Shown here: positions 37,912-46,559 of the stretch, piece by piece
How the letters are laid out: the number at the start of each line of letters is the position of its first letter
Position numbering within the stretch: position 1 is the stretch's first letter
IMG/VR virus record: IMGVR_UViG_2846458514_000001
Span: 4,277 to 68,276 of that record
From: a virus
Lineage: Duplodnaviria; Caudoviricetes
Reading direction: 5' to 3' (one strand)
Length of the DNA: 64,000 bases
Program-made: the position numbers and the translations under genes
The notes under the pieces: generated by a model
What the model saw: only the letters and a program-made list of their open reading frames with translations
Databases searched by the model: none
Told to the model about the DNA's origin: nothing

Positions 37912-38883
37912 ATGTCGGGAACTACAAGCGCGTCAACCACGACATCTTCGTCACTCCCACCGACCGGGTTTACCCCTCTGACCGAACTGTCTGAGTTCGA
38001 GGAGGGGATCTACCAGATTGCGACAGATGACCCTGTGCTGGGAGGGCCTGGTGGTATTGCAAATTATCAGGCGCAGGGGCTGGCCAACCGAACGAAGTAT
38101 TTGTTGCAGCAGACGACTGCGCTTCAGGCATCTCTCGCATCGTTATCCGAAGAAAGCGCATCGCTTCAGAACGCATTGACATCAGAAACGACGCGGGCGG
38201 CAGCAGCGGAATCCCTGCTTTCGACGGATATCGTGCTGACCTCGTCCACACTCTATCCGATCAGGGCGTCTACCACTGTTGTGGTCCCGGCGGCTGCGAC
38301 GAGGATTTATCTCGAAGGGAAAGGGGCGGGCGGCGGCGGCGGTGGCTGCGAGGCATCAAATAGTTCCCAGACGTTTTCAGGTGCCGGTGGTGGCGGGGGC
38401 GGGTTCATGCGTGGCGTTTACGCGGTAACGCCTGGCGATGTCCTGACATTTACAATTGGTTCAGGTGGGGCCGGTTATTTGGGGGCCGGTGATGGTTATG
38501 CTGGCAGCAGCACAAAAGTTACCAACGGTGCGGGAAAAAATCTCCAACTGCTGTACGGCGCGCAGGGGGGGCAGGTGGCGGCCGTCACTAATACGTCTGG
38601 CGGAGCGGGTGGCCCTGCTGGTTCGTCTGACCTCCCCGGAACTTTTGAAAACGAAATAGGAAATTGCGGTTTTGATGGGCAGGCAGGCGGACAGCAGCTG
38701 ACTGGCGCGGGCGGCGTGGGGCCCGGCGGGTTGGGTGGAGCACGTTCAGGTCTCGCAGGCGGTATTAGCGGAACAGCTCCGGGTGCGGGTGGTGGTGGCG
38801 CGTATGACTCCGGGTTCTCCGGCAACCAGTATGCTGGCGGCAGCGGTGCCCCAGGCTGCTTTTATTACAAATGGCTTCCATAA
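37912..38883 (+). CDS. Glycine-rich tail fibre
   Basis: IYQI...DPVLGG..G.AN.QA..LANRT.YL N-terminus; GAGGGGG repeats. Confidence 0.8.
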   Translation: MSGTTSASTTTSSSLPPTGFTPLTELSEFEEGIYQIATDDPVLGGPGGIANYQAQGLANRTKYLLQQTTALQASLASLSEESASLQNALTSETTRAAAAESLLSTDIVLTSSTLYPIRASTTVVVPAAATRIYLEGKGAGGGGGGCEASNSSQTFSGAGGGGGGFMRGVYAVTPGDVLTFTIGSGGAGYLGAGDGYAGSSTKVTNGAGKNLQLLYGAQGGQVAAVTNTSGGAGGPAGSSDLPGTFENEIGNCGFDGQAGGQQLTGAGGVGPGGLGGARSGLAGGISGTAPGAGGGGAYDSGFSGNQYAGGSGAPGCFYYKWLP

Positions 38884-38895
38884 CGGAGACACATC

Positions 38896-39081
38896 ATGGC
38901 AACAGTACAGACATATGCCGTCTACCTGGCGGTGGCGTCGGGCACCAAGTCGGCAGGATACGTGGTCGATAACGTCGAATGGGATGGCGTGTCCCCGTGG
39001 ACGCCCCCGACCGGCACGGCCACCATTGCCGATCCTGATCGGAAATATCCGATCGGCAGCACTTACGACTCAGCGACGTGA
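38896..39081 (+). CDS. Tail fibre assembly protein
   Basis: YAV...VVDNVEWDG...WTPP.G...IGSTYD. Confidence 0.7.
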   Translation: MATVQTYAVYLAVASGTKSAGYVVDNVEWDGVSPWTPPTGTATIADPDRKYPIGSTYDSAT

Positions 39082-39512
39082 GCAGGCAACCCGTAATGAC
39101 TGACGATGGCGTTCTGGTCGAGGTCGTGGGAAGGCATTCTCACGAAATCAACGATAATCGCAGAAACATTTCCGAATTGCGGGAGGATTTTCGACAGATC
39201 GAACTGCGTGTGGAGCGCAGCCAGGAGGAGCAGAGGCGGGCACTGGCGGATTTCGCGGGCGAGATGCGTGGTCGTTGGGATGAGGCAAGAAAGTACGATA
39301 CGGAGGCAGCCAGAGCGCGGGACGAAAAGATCGGAAAAGTCGCCACCCAGACGGATCAGATCCTCGGTGGGCTGTTGCTGATCAAGTGGGCACTTGCTGC
39401 GCTGGCTGTGCCATTTCTGCTCGGAGCGCTGACGTTGCTGATTGAAATTGTCGGAGCACTCCTCGGCTGGGGAGAGTTCGGCACATGGGTCTGGCATAAA
39501 GCGTTCGGTTGA
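39078..39512 (+). CDS. Coiled-coil membrane protein (holin-like)
   Basis: Coiled coil plus C-terminal hydrophobic segments at the end of the tail operon. Confidence 0.5.
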   Translation: MSRQPVMTDDGVLVEVVGRHSHEINDNRRNISELREDFRQIELRVERSQEEQRRALADFAGEMRGRWDEARKYDTEAARARDEKIGKVATQTDQILGGLLLIKWALAALAVPFLLGALTLLIEIVGALLGWGEFGTWVWHKAFG

Positions 39513-39784
39513 CCGTCGGCTGTGATCTGAACCAGCGCATCAAACGATGCCTGATCCTGCAGGACAATCACCGGGCCGAGTTCCCGACATTCCTGCATGA
39601 GGCGCTGCCGTTGGATCTGGACGGACCGTTTCAGATGACTCCGGGCAATATGCGCCTGACGCGCCCAGCTGATACGCCACACGCGACCATCGGCATGGAG
39701 TGTATCAACGTGGAACGCATCATCGCTGCCTTTTTTTCCCGAGATCACAGGACCGATCCCGATCACCCGCGGACGCATGTCGTG

Positions 39785-40099
39785 TTACTGCCGATCGGAG
39801 GGGACGCCTCGCTTGGTCAACTCCTTGCGCACGTAGGCCTCCATGGCTTCGATCACGAACGTCTGTTTGGACTGCCGCGCATGTAGGCGGCGTCCTGCTG
39901 ATTTACTCAGCAGCCATTCCATCTGCAGCATCAGTTTTTCTGGCACACGCGTGCTCATGCTGACCAGCAGGTCAGAACGCACGTCCTGATGCTCCCACGG
40001 ATAGACTTCCTTGTTGGGGGCCCCACCAATAAAGGCTTCTGCCTCGGCAGAGGATGGCTGCGTAGAGGGAAGGGAAGGGAGTTTTTTCGGGATGCTCAT
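39785..40099 (-). CDS. Small partition partner protein (ParG-like RHH)
   Basis: EAFIGGA N-terminal motif, STRVPEKL strand-helix, SKQ.FV.EA; coupled downstream of parA. Confidence 0.65.
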   Translation of the reverse strand: MSIPKKLPSLPSTQPSSAEAEAFIGGAPNKEVYPWEHQDVRSDLLVSMSTRVPEKLMLQMEWLLSKSAGRRLHARQSKQTFVIEAMEAYVRKELTKRGVPSDRQ

Positions 40100-40767
40100 T
40101 GTGAAATAGCCTCGTAGACAGCACGCATTTCATTCGCCGCTTTTGCGTCCAGCTCGCGCCCCTTCAATTCACATACACCGACCCCTTCGCCGGTTGCGCG
40201 GCCATACGCCGCGCGTGCAACCAGTGTGGTAAACGGGTGGGTGGCCAGTGTGGGCGTTTCCTGCAGCATCCATTCGCGTAGTTCGGCGGGTGCGCGTTCC
40301 GCCGATTGGTGCAGGATCCGGTTGACGACAATGCGCGCCTGAAGTTTCGGGTTCAGCTGCTGTGCCCGGTCGTAGATATTGGCGATCGTCGGGAGCGCCC
40401 AGACATCCAGCGCGTCTGGCTGGACCGGCACGATCAGCGTATCGGCAACCATTGCACATGCCCGGAGGGCCGGTGAGTCCACAGCCCCCGTATCAATGAT
40501 CAGGGCCTGATATCGCGTAGCCAGATCTTCGATTACGGGGCCGATTGTGCGGCCGTCAGACCGTTCGACACAACTGATGCGGGGATAGTCCGGGTGGCCT
40601 TCCAGCCGATGTGACGCCCACAATGCGCTCGATTTCTGGCCGGGGTCCGCGTCTACCAGCAGGGTGTCGATACCATTCAGTGCCGACAGGACGGCCAGGT
40701 TCGTGGCAATCGTGGTTTTGCCCGATCCCCCTTTTTCGTTTCCGACCACAATGATTCGAGCCGTCAT
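40096..40767 (-). CDS. parA: ParA-family partition ATPase (short form)
   Basis: NEKGGSGKTT, LLVDADP, IIDTG, AD.LIVPVQP. Confidence 0.92.
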   Translation of the reverse strand: MTARIIVVGNEKGGSGKTTIATNLAVLSALNGIDTLLVDADPGQKSSALWASHRLEGHPDYPRISCVERSDGRTIGPVIEDLATRYQALIIDTGAVDSPALRACAMVADTLIVPVQPDALDVWALPTIANIYDRAQQLNPKLQARIVVNRILHQSAERAPAELREWMLQETPTLATHPFTTLVARAAYGRATGEGVGVCELKGRELDAKAANEMRAVYEAISQ

Positions 40768-40809
40768 TCCGCCCTCCGAGCAACAATCTACGGCAGCACA
40801 TCTGCCAGA

Positions 40810-40827
40810 TTGCATGCATGCATGCAA
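40810..40827. repeat. TTGCATGCATGCATGCAA palindrome, copy 4, upstream of parA
   Basis: Exact match about 43 bp upstream of the parA start. Confidence 0.9.
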
Positions 40828-41060
40828 GTGGAAGCGAGATAATCCGGTTATGCGGAAGAAGCCAACACCTAAATCGTTTGGAAAGTATAGAAATAAGATG
40901 GTCTGCATATTTTATGAAGAAAATTAAGCAAATACAAAAAATAAAGAAATATAACAAAAATATGCGAAATCTCTTTACGGTAAAAATATACGGTGTTATT
41001 TCAAGTTAGAGACTTACCGGTATTTCTGATATTTTACATTTATTGCAATGCGGGGAAGTT

Positions 41061-41372
41061 ATGCATTTCATAAATCAGAAAAATAAATGGGTCGAACTGA
41101 ACCGGAGGCTGCAAACACTTGAGGGCGAGTCCTCTGATCGTGCGATGCCATGCCTGCATATCTGCCGCGAACTAGAACTCATCTGTGGGGAGATGGCTGC
41201 CATTGAGGATGCGGGGATCTCTGCACCATCAGGTAGCCAGACCGACATTGTGGCCAAAATTGGCCTTGCCCGTGCCATGCTGGCCAACCCTGATGCCAGT
41301 TTCAAGGTGGGCCAGTTACTGGAAACGATAGAGTCTGATCTGATCAGGGCACCTCGATCCACCGTACCTTGA
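41061..41372 (+). CDS. Hypothetical protein
   Basis: Paralog-like to 14724..15086. Confidence 0.5.
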   Translation: MHFINQKNKWVELNRRLQTLEGESSDRAMPCLHICRELELICGEMAAIEDAGISAPSGSQTDIVAKIGLARAMLANPDASFKVGQLLETIESDLIRAPRSTVP

Positions 41373-42036
41373 GGGCTTTGCTGGCCGACAGGTCAACCGT
41401 TGTTTCATTGCCGGGGGCCGGGCAGACAACAGCCATGCCCTCGGTCTGATCTGTCAGGTCGCCTATCGTCTCAATATTCCCGTCGCGTACGACCACGACC
41501 GTGTCGCCAATACGCGGAGAACGGGTCAGGTCAACGTACGCAATATCGCCAGCACGTAATCTCCCGCGCGGCGTGCTGATCCAGACGGCCAGCAGATCAG
41601 AGGCAGGCACACGGGCACCTGGTTTTATAGCGTATGTGGGAGGAGGCTGGTCCAGGTTATCTGTTTCCCGGAATGCGGGAATATCGCCTGCCGATGATGG
41701 TACAGGCCGCCCCTCCGCGATGGGGCGTTCACTGATGCGCCCGGACGTGATCGACGCGAAAACCGGGATTTGTTTGTGCGCCTCAGGATCCGCAAGGTCT
41801 GCGGGATCCAGGCCCAGGATTACGCCGACGGCCTCGCGTATTTCCGCCGGGAGATATCGTGGCACTCCACGGGTCAGATATTGGTGGATGTAGCCGTCGC
41901 TTTTGCCAATCGCACGACTCAGGCTGACCAGACTCATGCGTCTTTGGTCCAGGGCATCACGTATCAACAGACGCGCCGAATCCAGTTTTTTTTGCCCTGC
42001 CGGGCTATTTTCGTTCGTTTCCATGCGTTCCCTCAT
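41344..42036 (-). CDS. CI-like repressor (HTH + degenerate S24 domain)
   Basis: SLSRAIGK..GYIHQYL.RGVPR.L HTH; GDIAYVD....PRIGDTVVV; divergent from a cro-like gene. Confidence 0.75.
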   Translation of the reverse strand: MRERMETNENSPAGQKKLDSARLLIRDALDQRRMSLVSLSRAIGKSDGYIHQYLTRGVPRYLPAEIREAVGVILGLDPADLADPEAHKQIPVFASITSGRISERPIAEGRPVPSSAGDIPAFRETDNLDQPPPTYAIKPGARVPASDLLAVWISTPRGRLRAGDIAYVDLTRSPRIGDTVVVVRDGNIETIGDLTDQTEGMAVVCPAPGNETTVDLSASKALKVRWIEVP

Positions 42037-42108
42037 ATGGGCGAACGATGGATCAAACCAGACATAAATAACATTGTTATGGTTGGCATAATGGTTTAAT
42101 GACCACGA

Positions 42109-42786
42109 ATGGACGATATATTAAACCAGATAGACGCGTTCCTGACCGAGCAGGGGATGGCCCCCAGCACGTTCGGGAAAATGGCCGTCAACGACGAGCA
42201 TTATGTCGCGCATCTCCGGAATGGTCGCGAGAATTTTTCGCGGACCCGGGCAAAGGTGTTGGCGTTCATGGACGGATTTCGTCAGCGCAAGCTCAACGAG
42301 AAAAGCGAGGCCGAACAGATGCTGGAGGGTCGGATTCCAGCGCGATCCCTCCGCTTTACATTGCCCCGGCCCTACCTGCTGCTGAACCCATACCTGCGCC
42401 TGCACTGGTCAGCACGGCGGAAATATATGCGCTCGCTGGTGTGGGACATCAAAATGGCGACCGTAACGCCGCCCGATCATGCGCAGCCATTCGATTATGC
42501 CCGCGTGACGATCCATCGTTATTCGCCCGGGATAGCCGACAAGGACGGAGTGGAGGGCGGCGCGAAGCCAGTGATCGACTGCCTGACAACGCCGACACCG
42601 ATGCGCATGAAAAAAGGCGCGACAGCGGTGAAAATGCGCAATCCGTATGGCCTCGGTTTTATTCGCGACGACAGTCCGCGCCATTGTTTCCAGGTAGCTC
42701 TCGGTTTCCGAAGTGATCATCAGACCGCACGGACAGAGATCCTGATTGAGGAAATGGTTTATCCGGACCGTGATGAACCTCCCTGA
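42109..42786 (+). CDS. Cro-like HTH fused to a RusA-like nuclease domain
   Basis: IDAFL...MAPSTFG..AVND...V..LR.GR; D.DG..GGAK.VID.L...G.IRDDS. Confidence 0.7.
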   Translation: MDDILNQIDAFLTEQGMAPSTFGKMAVNDEHYVAHLRNGRENFSRTRAKVLAFMDGFRQRKLNEKSEAEQMLEGRIPARSLRFTLPRPYLLLNPYLRLHWSARRKYMRSLVWDIKMATVTPPDHAQPFDYARVTIHRYSPGIADKDGVEGGAKPVIDCLTTPTPMRMKKGATAVKMRNPYGLGFIRDDSPRHCFQVALGFRSDHQTARTEILIEEMVYPDRDEPP

Positions 42787-42816
42787 CGTGAAAATCACGT
42801 CAAAACCACGTTCAGA

Positions 42817-43101
42817 ATGGTTTTATTGATGGGGAATCAAATGGTTGCATCCTTTGACAGTCTGGTTTCTGGTTTCAGCCCATATCCAGCCGCCTATAGC
42901 CTAGACCAGATCGGGCCAACATGGGTTGCCGTTGGCGCCCTGGACCCAGAAACCAACAAATGGACCCATACTTTTCAGGGCCTGGGTCCTGTTTTGGCGG
43001 AACAGCGCGAAATGGGACTCTATCTGACCTCCCAGAAACGCGCCGGAAACGGGATCATGCTGCTGCTGGCGTGTCGTGCGACGGGGAGGCCCCGGCCATG
43101 A
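42817..43101 (+). CDS. Hypothetical protein
   Basis: ORF in the early operon. Confidence 0.5.
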   Translation: MVLLMGNQMVASFDSLVSGFSPYPAAYSLDQIGPTWVAVGALDPETNKWTHTFQGLGPVLAEQREMGLYLTSQKRAGNGIMLLLACRATGRPRP

Positions 43102-43310
43102 ACGCCTGTGCGCAATGCGCGGGCAACGGCTGGCATTACACCACATGGACTGGGGGTGACCTCCTGTCGCGCAGAACGGTGCCAGCGCTTGCGATCTGCT
43201 GCGCATGCGATGGATCCGGCAGTGCATCGTCACCAGCACCGTCCATGCCTTTTCAATGCAACGCACTCGCGCGGCCGGCGTCGCCGTTGCCCCTGACGAA
43301 AGGATCCTGA
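43098..43310 (+). CDS. Small zinc-finger protein
   Basis: CAQCAGNG...CCACDGSG; ATGA-coupled. Confidence 0.5.
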   Translation: MNACAQCAGNGWHYTTWTGGDLLSRRTVPALAICCACDGSGSASSPAPSMPFQCNALARPASPLPLTKGS

Positions 43311-43311
43311 C

Positions 43312-44238
43312 ATGGCAGGACATACAGACTTGGGGGAGCAACTGCCCTGGTCGAAATTCCACTGGGCTGATTACGAGCGTGACCCCGATCTGCTCGTCTG
43401 TTCGTTCGCGGCGCAGGGGCTATGGATGCGCCTGCTCTGTTTCATGGCGCGTGCGGAGCGCCACGGCTATCTGATCCATAAGGGGCGTCCCTTGCCGATA
43501 GACCGTCTCCTGCGCGTGGTGGGCGGCACTTCGGGCGAGGTCGTGCCCCTTTTGCGCGAGCTAGAGGAACAGGGTGTCCTCGCGCGTGATGCGGATGGGG
43601 TGATCTACAGCCGCCGGATGGTGCGTGATCGTGAGCGCCTGGAGCGCGATCGGGCCAACGGGCGAACGGGCGGCAATCCTGCACTGGTCGGACGGCGCCG
43701 CGCCCGCGCCGTGCACGAGGCGCAGGAAGAACTGGATCTGACCGAACGGCATGACCTTCAGTCCACGCGCGAAGCCTTAAATAAGGGGGTTAACCCCAGA
43801 GAAGATAAGAATAAGAACAAAATAGAAGATACTTCTCTCGGCCGAGAGTGCGTGGACGCCGACGTTATTAACCTGACAGGTCATGTAGGTGATGCAGTCC
43901 GGCAGGCCGTCGCAGCATGGAACAAGCTGGCGGAGCGGGAAGGGCTGCCGGTCGCACAGCGGCTGACGACGCGACGCAGCCGGTCCATCCGCGCCCGGTT
44001 GGCCGATGCCGGCGGCCTGTCCGGATGGAATGCCGCGCTGGAGAAGGTCGCGGGTAGCGCGTTCCTGAAGGGCGGCGGCGCCAACGGCTGGAAAATCACG
44101 CTGGATGACCTGCTGACGCCTGATCGTTTCACGCGCCTGATGGAAGGGGCGTATGCGGACCGGACGCCTGCCCAGAAAACTGCACGCACGCTGGGCAACG
44201 AGGAGTGGCGCCGCCAGTGCCTGGAGGGCGTCGCGTGA
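43312..44238 (+). CDS. Phage replication initiator (O-like)
   Basis: PWSKF.W.D...D..L..CS..AQGLW..LLC..M, IYSRRMVRD; purine-rich AT tract 43800-43830; FL.G...GW...G.Y C-terminus. Confidence 0.75.
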   Translation: MAGHTDLGEQLPWSKFHWADYERDPDLLVCSFAAQGLWMRLLCFMARAERHGYLIHKGRPLPIDRLLRVVGGTSGEVVPLLRELEEQGVLARDADGVIYSRRMVRDRERLERDRANGRTGGNPALVGRRRARAVHEAQEELDLTERHDLQSTREALNKGVNPREDKNKNKIEDTSLGRECVDADVINLTGHVGDAVRQAVAAWNKLAEREGLPVAQRLTTRRSRSIRARLADAGGLSGWNAALEKVAGSAFLKGGGANGWKITLDDLLTPDRFTRLMEGAYADRTPAQKTARTLGNEEWRRQCLEGVA

Positions 44239-44783
44239 GCAGCGTGGCAGAGAAAACCGCCGTCAGCCGTGTCGTGATCGAGTGGCTGATGCAACTGGCG
44301 CTCCTGTTCGTCGCGGATGGCTCTGTGACGCCGGAACGACTGCGCCTCTACGCGAAGGTGCTCGGGGCCGAGTTCGGCGCGCATGTCTTCACGGATGTTG
44401 CCCTGCAACGGGCAGCCATTGGAGAGGGACGCGGATATTTCCCGGCGTGCGAGGTGATCGCGCAGCGCCTGCGGGAATACCAGCTTGAACTGGACCCGGT
44501 GGGTGTGCAGCGCGGCGGCAAGCTGAATTACTGGCTGCGGGCCATGGAGACGCGGCGTATCGCCATCCGGCAGGGGCCGGAAGAGCTGCGCCAGCAGGAA
44601 TCCCGATCTGCGCGTATCTGGCTCCTCTGGCTGGAGAACAATGAACCTCTGATCTTCCGAGACCTGATGGCTGGACCGCACTCTGACGAGTGGAGTGCCG
44701 TGCTGAAGTGGCCGAGCGCAGAACTTCATCAATTCCCAACCCCAACATCACGTAAACAACTGAAAACAGGTGCGAAAGCATGA
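44235..44783 (+). CDS. Hypothetical protein, possible helicase loader
   Basis: Directly after the initiator; YFP motif. Confidence 0.5.
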   Translation: MSSVAEKTAVSRVVIEWLMQLALLFVADGSVTPERLRLYAKVLGAEFGAHVFTDVALQRAAIGEGRGYFPACEVIAQRLREYQLELDPVGVQRGGKLNYWLRAMETRRIAIRQGPEELRQQESRSARIWLLWLENNEPLIFRDLMAGPHSDEWSAVLKWPSAELHQFPTPTSRKQLKTGAKA

Positions 44784-45439
44784 GCAATGGGAACGGTTCC
44801 CATCCGGAATGGGAAAATGGGAAAGCGTATGGGAATGGCGAGGATGGGAAGCCAGCGCGAAATTCCGATGAAAATCCCACGCGCTGCCCGATGACGGACG
44901 TCATGTTCGGCTGGCCGGAAATTGCCATGTTGGCTGACCTACTGCGGTGCCCGCTGACAGTGGTTACGAAATCGGACATCCTCAGCATCTGTGGGCATTT
45001 CAGGGGTGCCACGGACTGGTTGTTGTCGCATGGGATGTTGCGATCTCGTTTGACCGATAACCTGGAGGTAAACCGGCCCCTCCTCTGGAGGTTCGGAAGT
45101 GCCCTTGCGTCCTCACGGACAAAACCGGTTTCCGTAAATGCGGTGATAAGTGAACTTCTCGCCGGTAAAAAACAGGATGATCTGCGGAGCGTCCTCAAGG
45201 TCATTGACCAGATCCCGACGGATTTTGCCGGAGCCATTTTGGTCACGCCCCCCAGTCCTCTGGAGCCGGAGGATATGGAATACCTCGCCAGGCAGTTCGC
45301 CAAGCAGTTGCAGGCCCACGGGCTGCTTTCCGTATCCGTTTGCCTGATCCCTTCGGGTGTGCAGGTATCGACGTTGTCGCGCGTCGCGATGGAGCAGTTG
45401 CTCGCGTCAAAGGCGCAGGAGAGCGACGATGTTTCTTGA
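44780..45439 (+). CDS. Hypothetical protein
   Basis: Coupled ORF. Confidence 0.5.
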   Translation: MSNGNGSHPEWENGKAYGNGEDGKPARNSDENPTRCPMTDVMFGWPEIAMLADLLRCPLTVVTKSDILSICGHFRGATDWLLSHGMLRSRLTDNLEVNRPLLWRFGSALASSRTKPVSVNAVISELLAGKKQDDLRSVLKVIDQIPTDFAGAILVTPPSPLEPEDMEYLARQFAKQLQAHGLLSVSVCLIPSGVQVSTLSRVAMEQLLASKAQESDDVS

Positions 45440-46559
45440 GGCGCGCAATGACACCCTGATCGGGGCGCTGTCCGCGATCAGGGGGGCGATATCGAAGGCG
45501 CACACCATCCCGGTGTTGGAATGCGTCCTGATCGCCGTGCGTCCGTCGGGCGTGGTGCTGACGGCTACGGACATGATGATCCGCGCGGAAATCCGCATCC
45601 AGGCGGACAGGACGCAGGATGGCAGCGTGGCCGTGCCGCTCGGGGCGCTCCTGGAGGCCCTGAAATCCCAGCCGCGCGATCGCACGGTATCCGTTGGCAT
45701 TGAGGACCAGACGGGCCGTGTCACAGTCCGCAGCGGGAAATTTTCCAGCCACCTGAGCGCCTATGAGCCGGATGATTTCCCCAGTCTGGCAGGAGCAGTT
45801 GGTCAGGAGAAAGCCATCGGCATCGCATTGCCCCAGTCGCGGCTGGTGCGTCTGCTGAAAACAGTCCGGTTTGCCGCGTCTACGGAAGAAACACGGTACT
45901 ACCTGTGCGGCGTGTACCTGCACCCGGTTGACGGTCCGGATGGCGTGGCCATGGTCCGTACCGTCGCCACCGATGGCCATCGCCTGGCGTGGTGTCAGGA
46001 CGTGCCCGAGAAGATGGCCAGTGCGCCCGATCCGGTGATCCTGCCGACACGGCTCGTGACCGAGATGCTGGCGCATCTGGATGACAAAAGCGATGATAGC
46101 GTTACGCTGGAAATCTGGGGACGCCGCGTCGGGATCTGGATCGGGAATTACTATCTGACCTCGACAGTCATTGACGGCACATATCCCGAATACGCGCGGG
46201 TGATCCCGACAGATCACCCCAATACGGCCCGGATGCCTGCGCGTGCTCTGGAACACTGCGTGCAGGCCGCGTCCTCTGTCATTCAGGAGCGCAGCAAACC
46301 GGTCAAGATGACGTTTTCCGATACGCTGACCGTGGCGTCGCAGGACGAGCGCGGCAGCGCTGTTGACGTCGTGGAGGAAGGATATTCCCTGCGCGGCCGC
46401 CGGACGGAAATCGGTTTCCAGGCGCGCTATGTGCTGGATGTCCTGCAGCATGTCGGCGAAACCGTTGAATTTCATCTGCACAATGAAACGGCGCCAGCCG
46501 TGGTGCGCGACGTGGATGATGCGAACAAACTGTTCGTTGTCATGCCAATGCGCGTCTGA
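45429..46559 (+). CDS. dnaN: DNA polymerase III beta sliding clamp
   Basis: TIPVL..V, LTATD, ETRYYL.GV, VATDGHRLA, IDGTYPEY.RVIP, VVMPMRV. Confidence 0.95.
   Translation: MFLEARNDTLIGALSAIRGAISKAHTIPVLECVLIAVRPSGVVLTATDMMIRAEIRIQADRTQDGSVAVPLGALLEALKSQPRDRTVSVGIEDQTGRVTVRSGKFSSHLSAYEPDDFPSLAGAVGQEKAIGIALPQSRLVRLLKTVRFAASTEETRYYLCGVYLHPVDGPDGVAMVRTVATDGHRLAWCQDVPEKMASAPDPVILPTRLVTEMLAHLDDKSDDSVTLEIWGRRVGIWIGNYYLTSTVIDGTYPEYARVIPTDHPNTARMPARALEHCVQAASSVIQERSKPVKMTFSDTLTVASQDERGSAVDVVEEGYSLRGRRTEIGFQARYVLDVLQHVGETVEFHLHNETAPAVVRDVDDANKLFVVMPMRV

Noticed and set aside
37790-38470. Diversity-generating retroelement TR/VR pair at the tail fibre
   Set aside because: Differences are not adenine-specific and no reverse transcriptase is present in the window.
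39509-39886. 125-aa plus-strand ORF after the holin-like gene
   Set aside because: TTG start, no recognisable motif, and about 100-bp overlap with the partition gene.
40833-40860. dif-like site GAGATAA-TCCGG-TTATGCG
   Set aside because: Spacer is 5 bp rather than 6 and the arms match Xer sites poorly.
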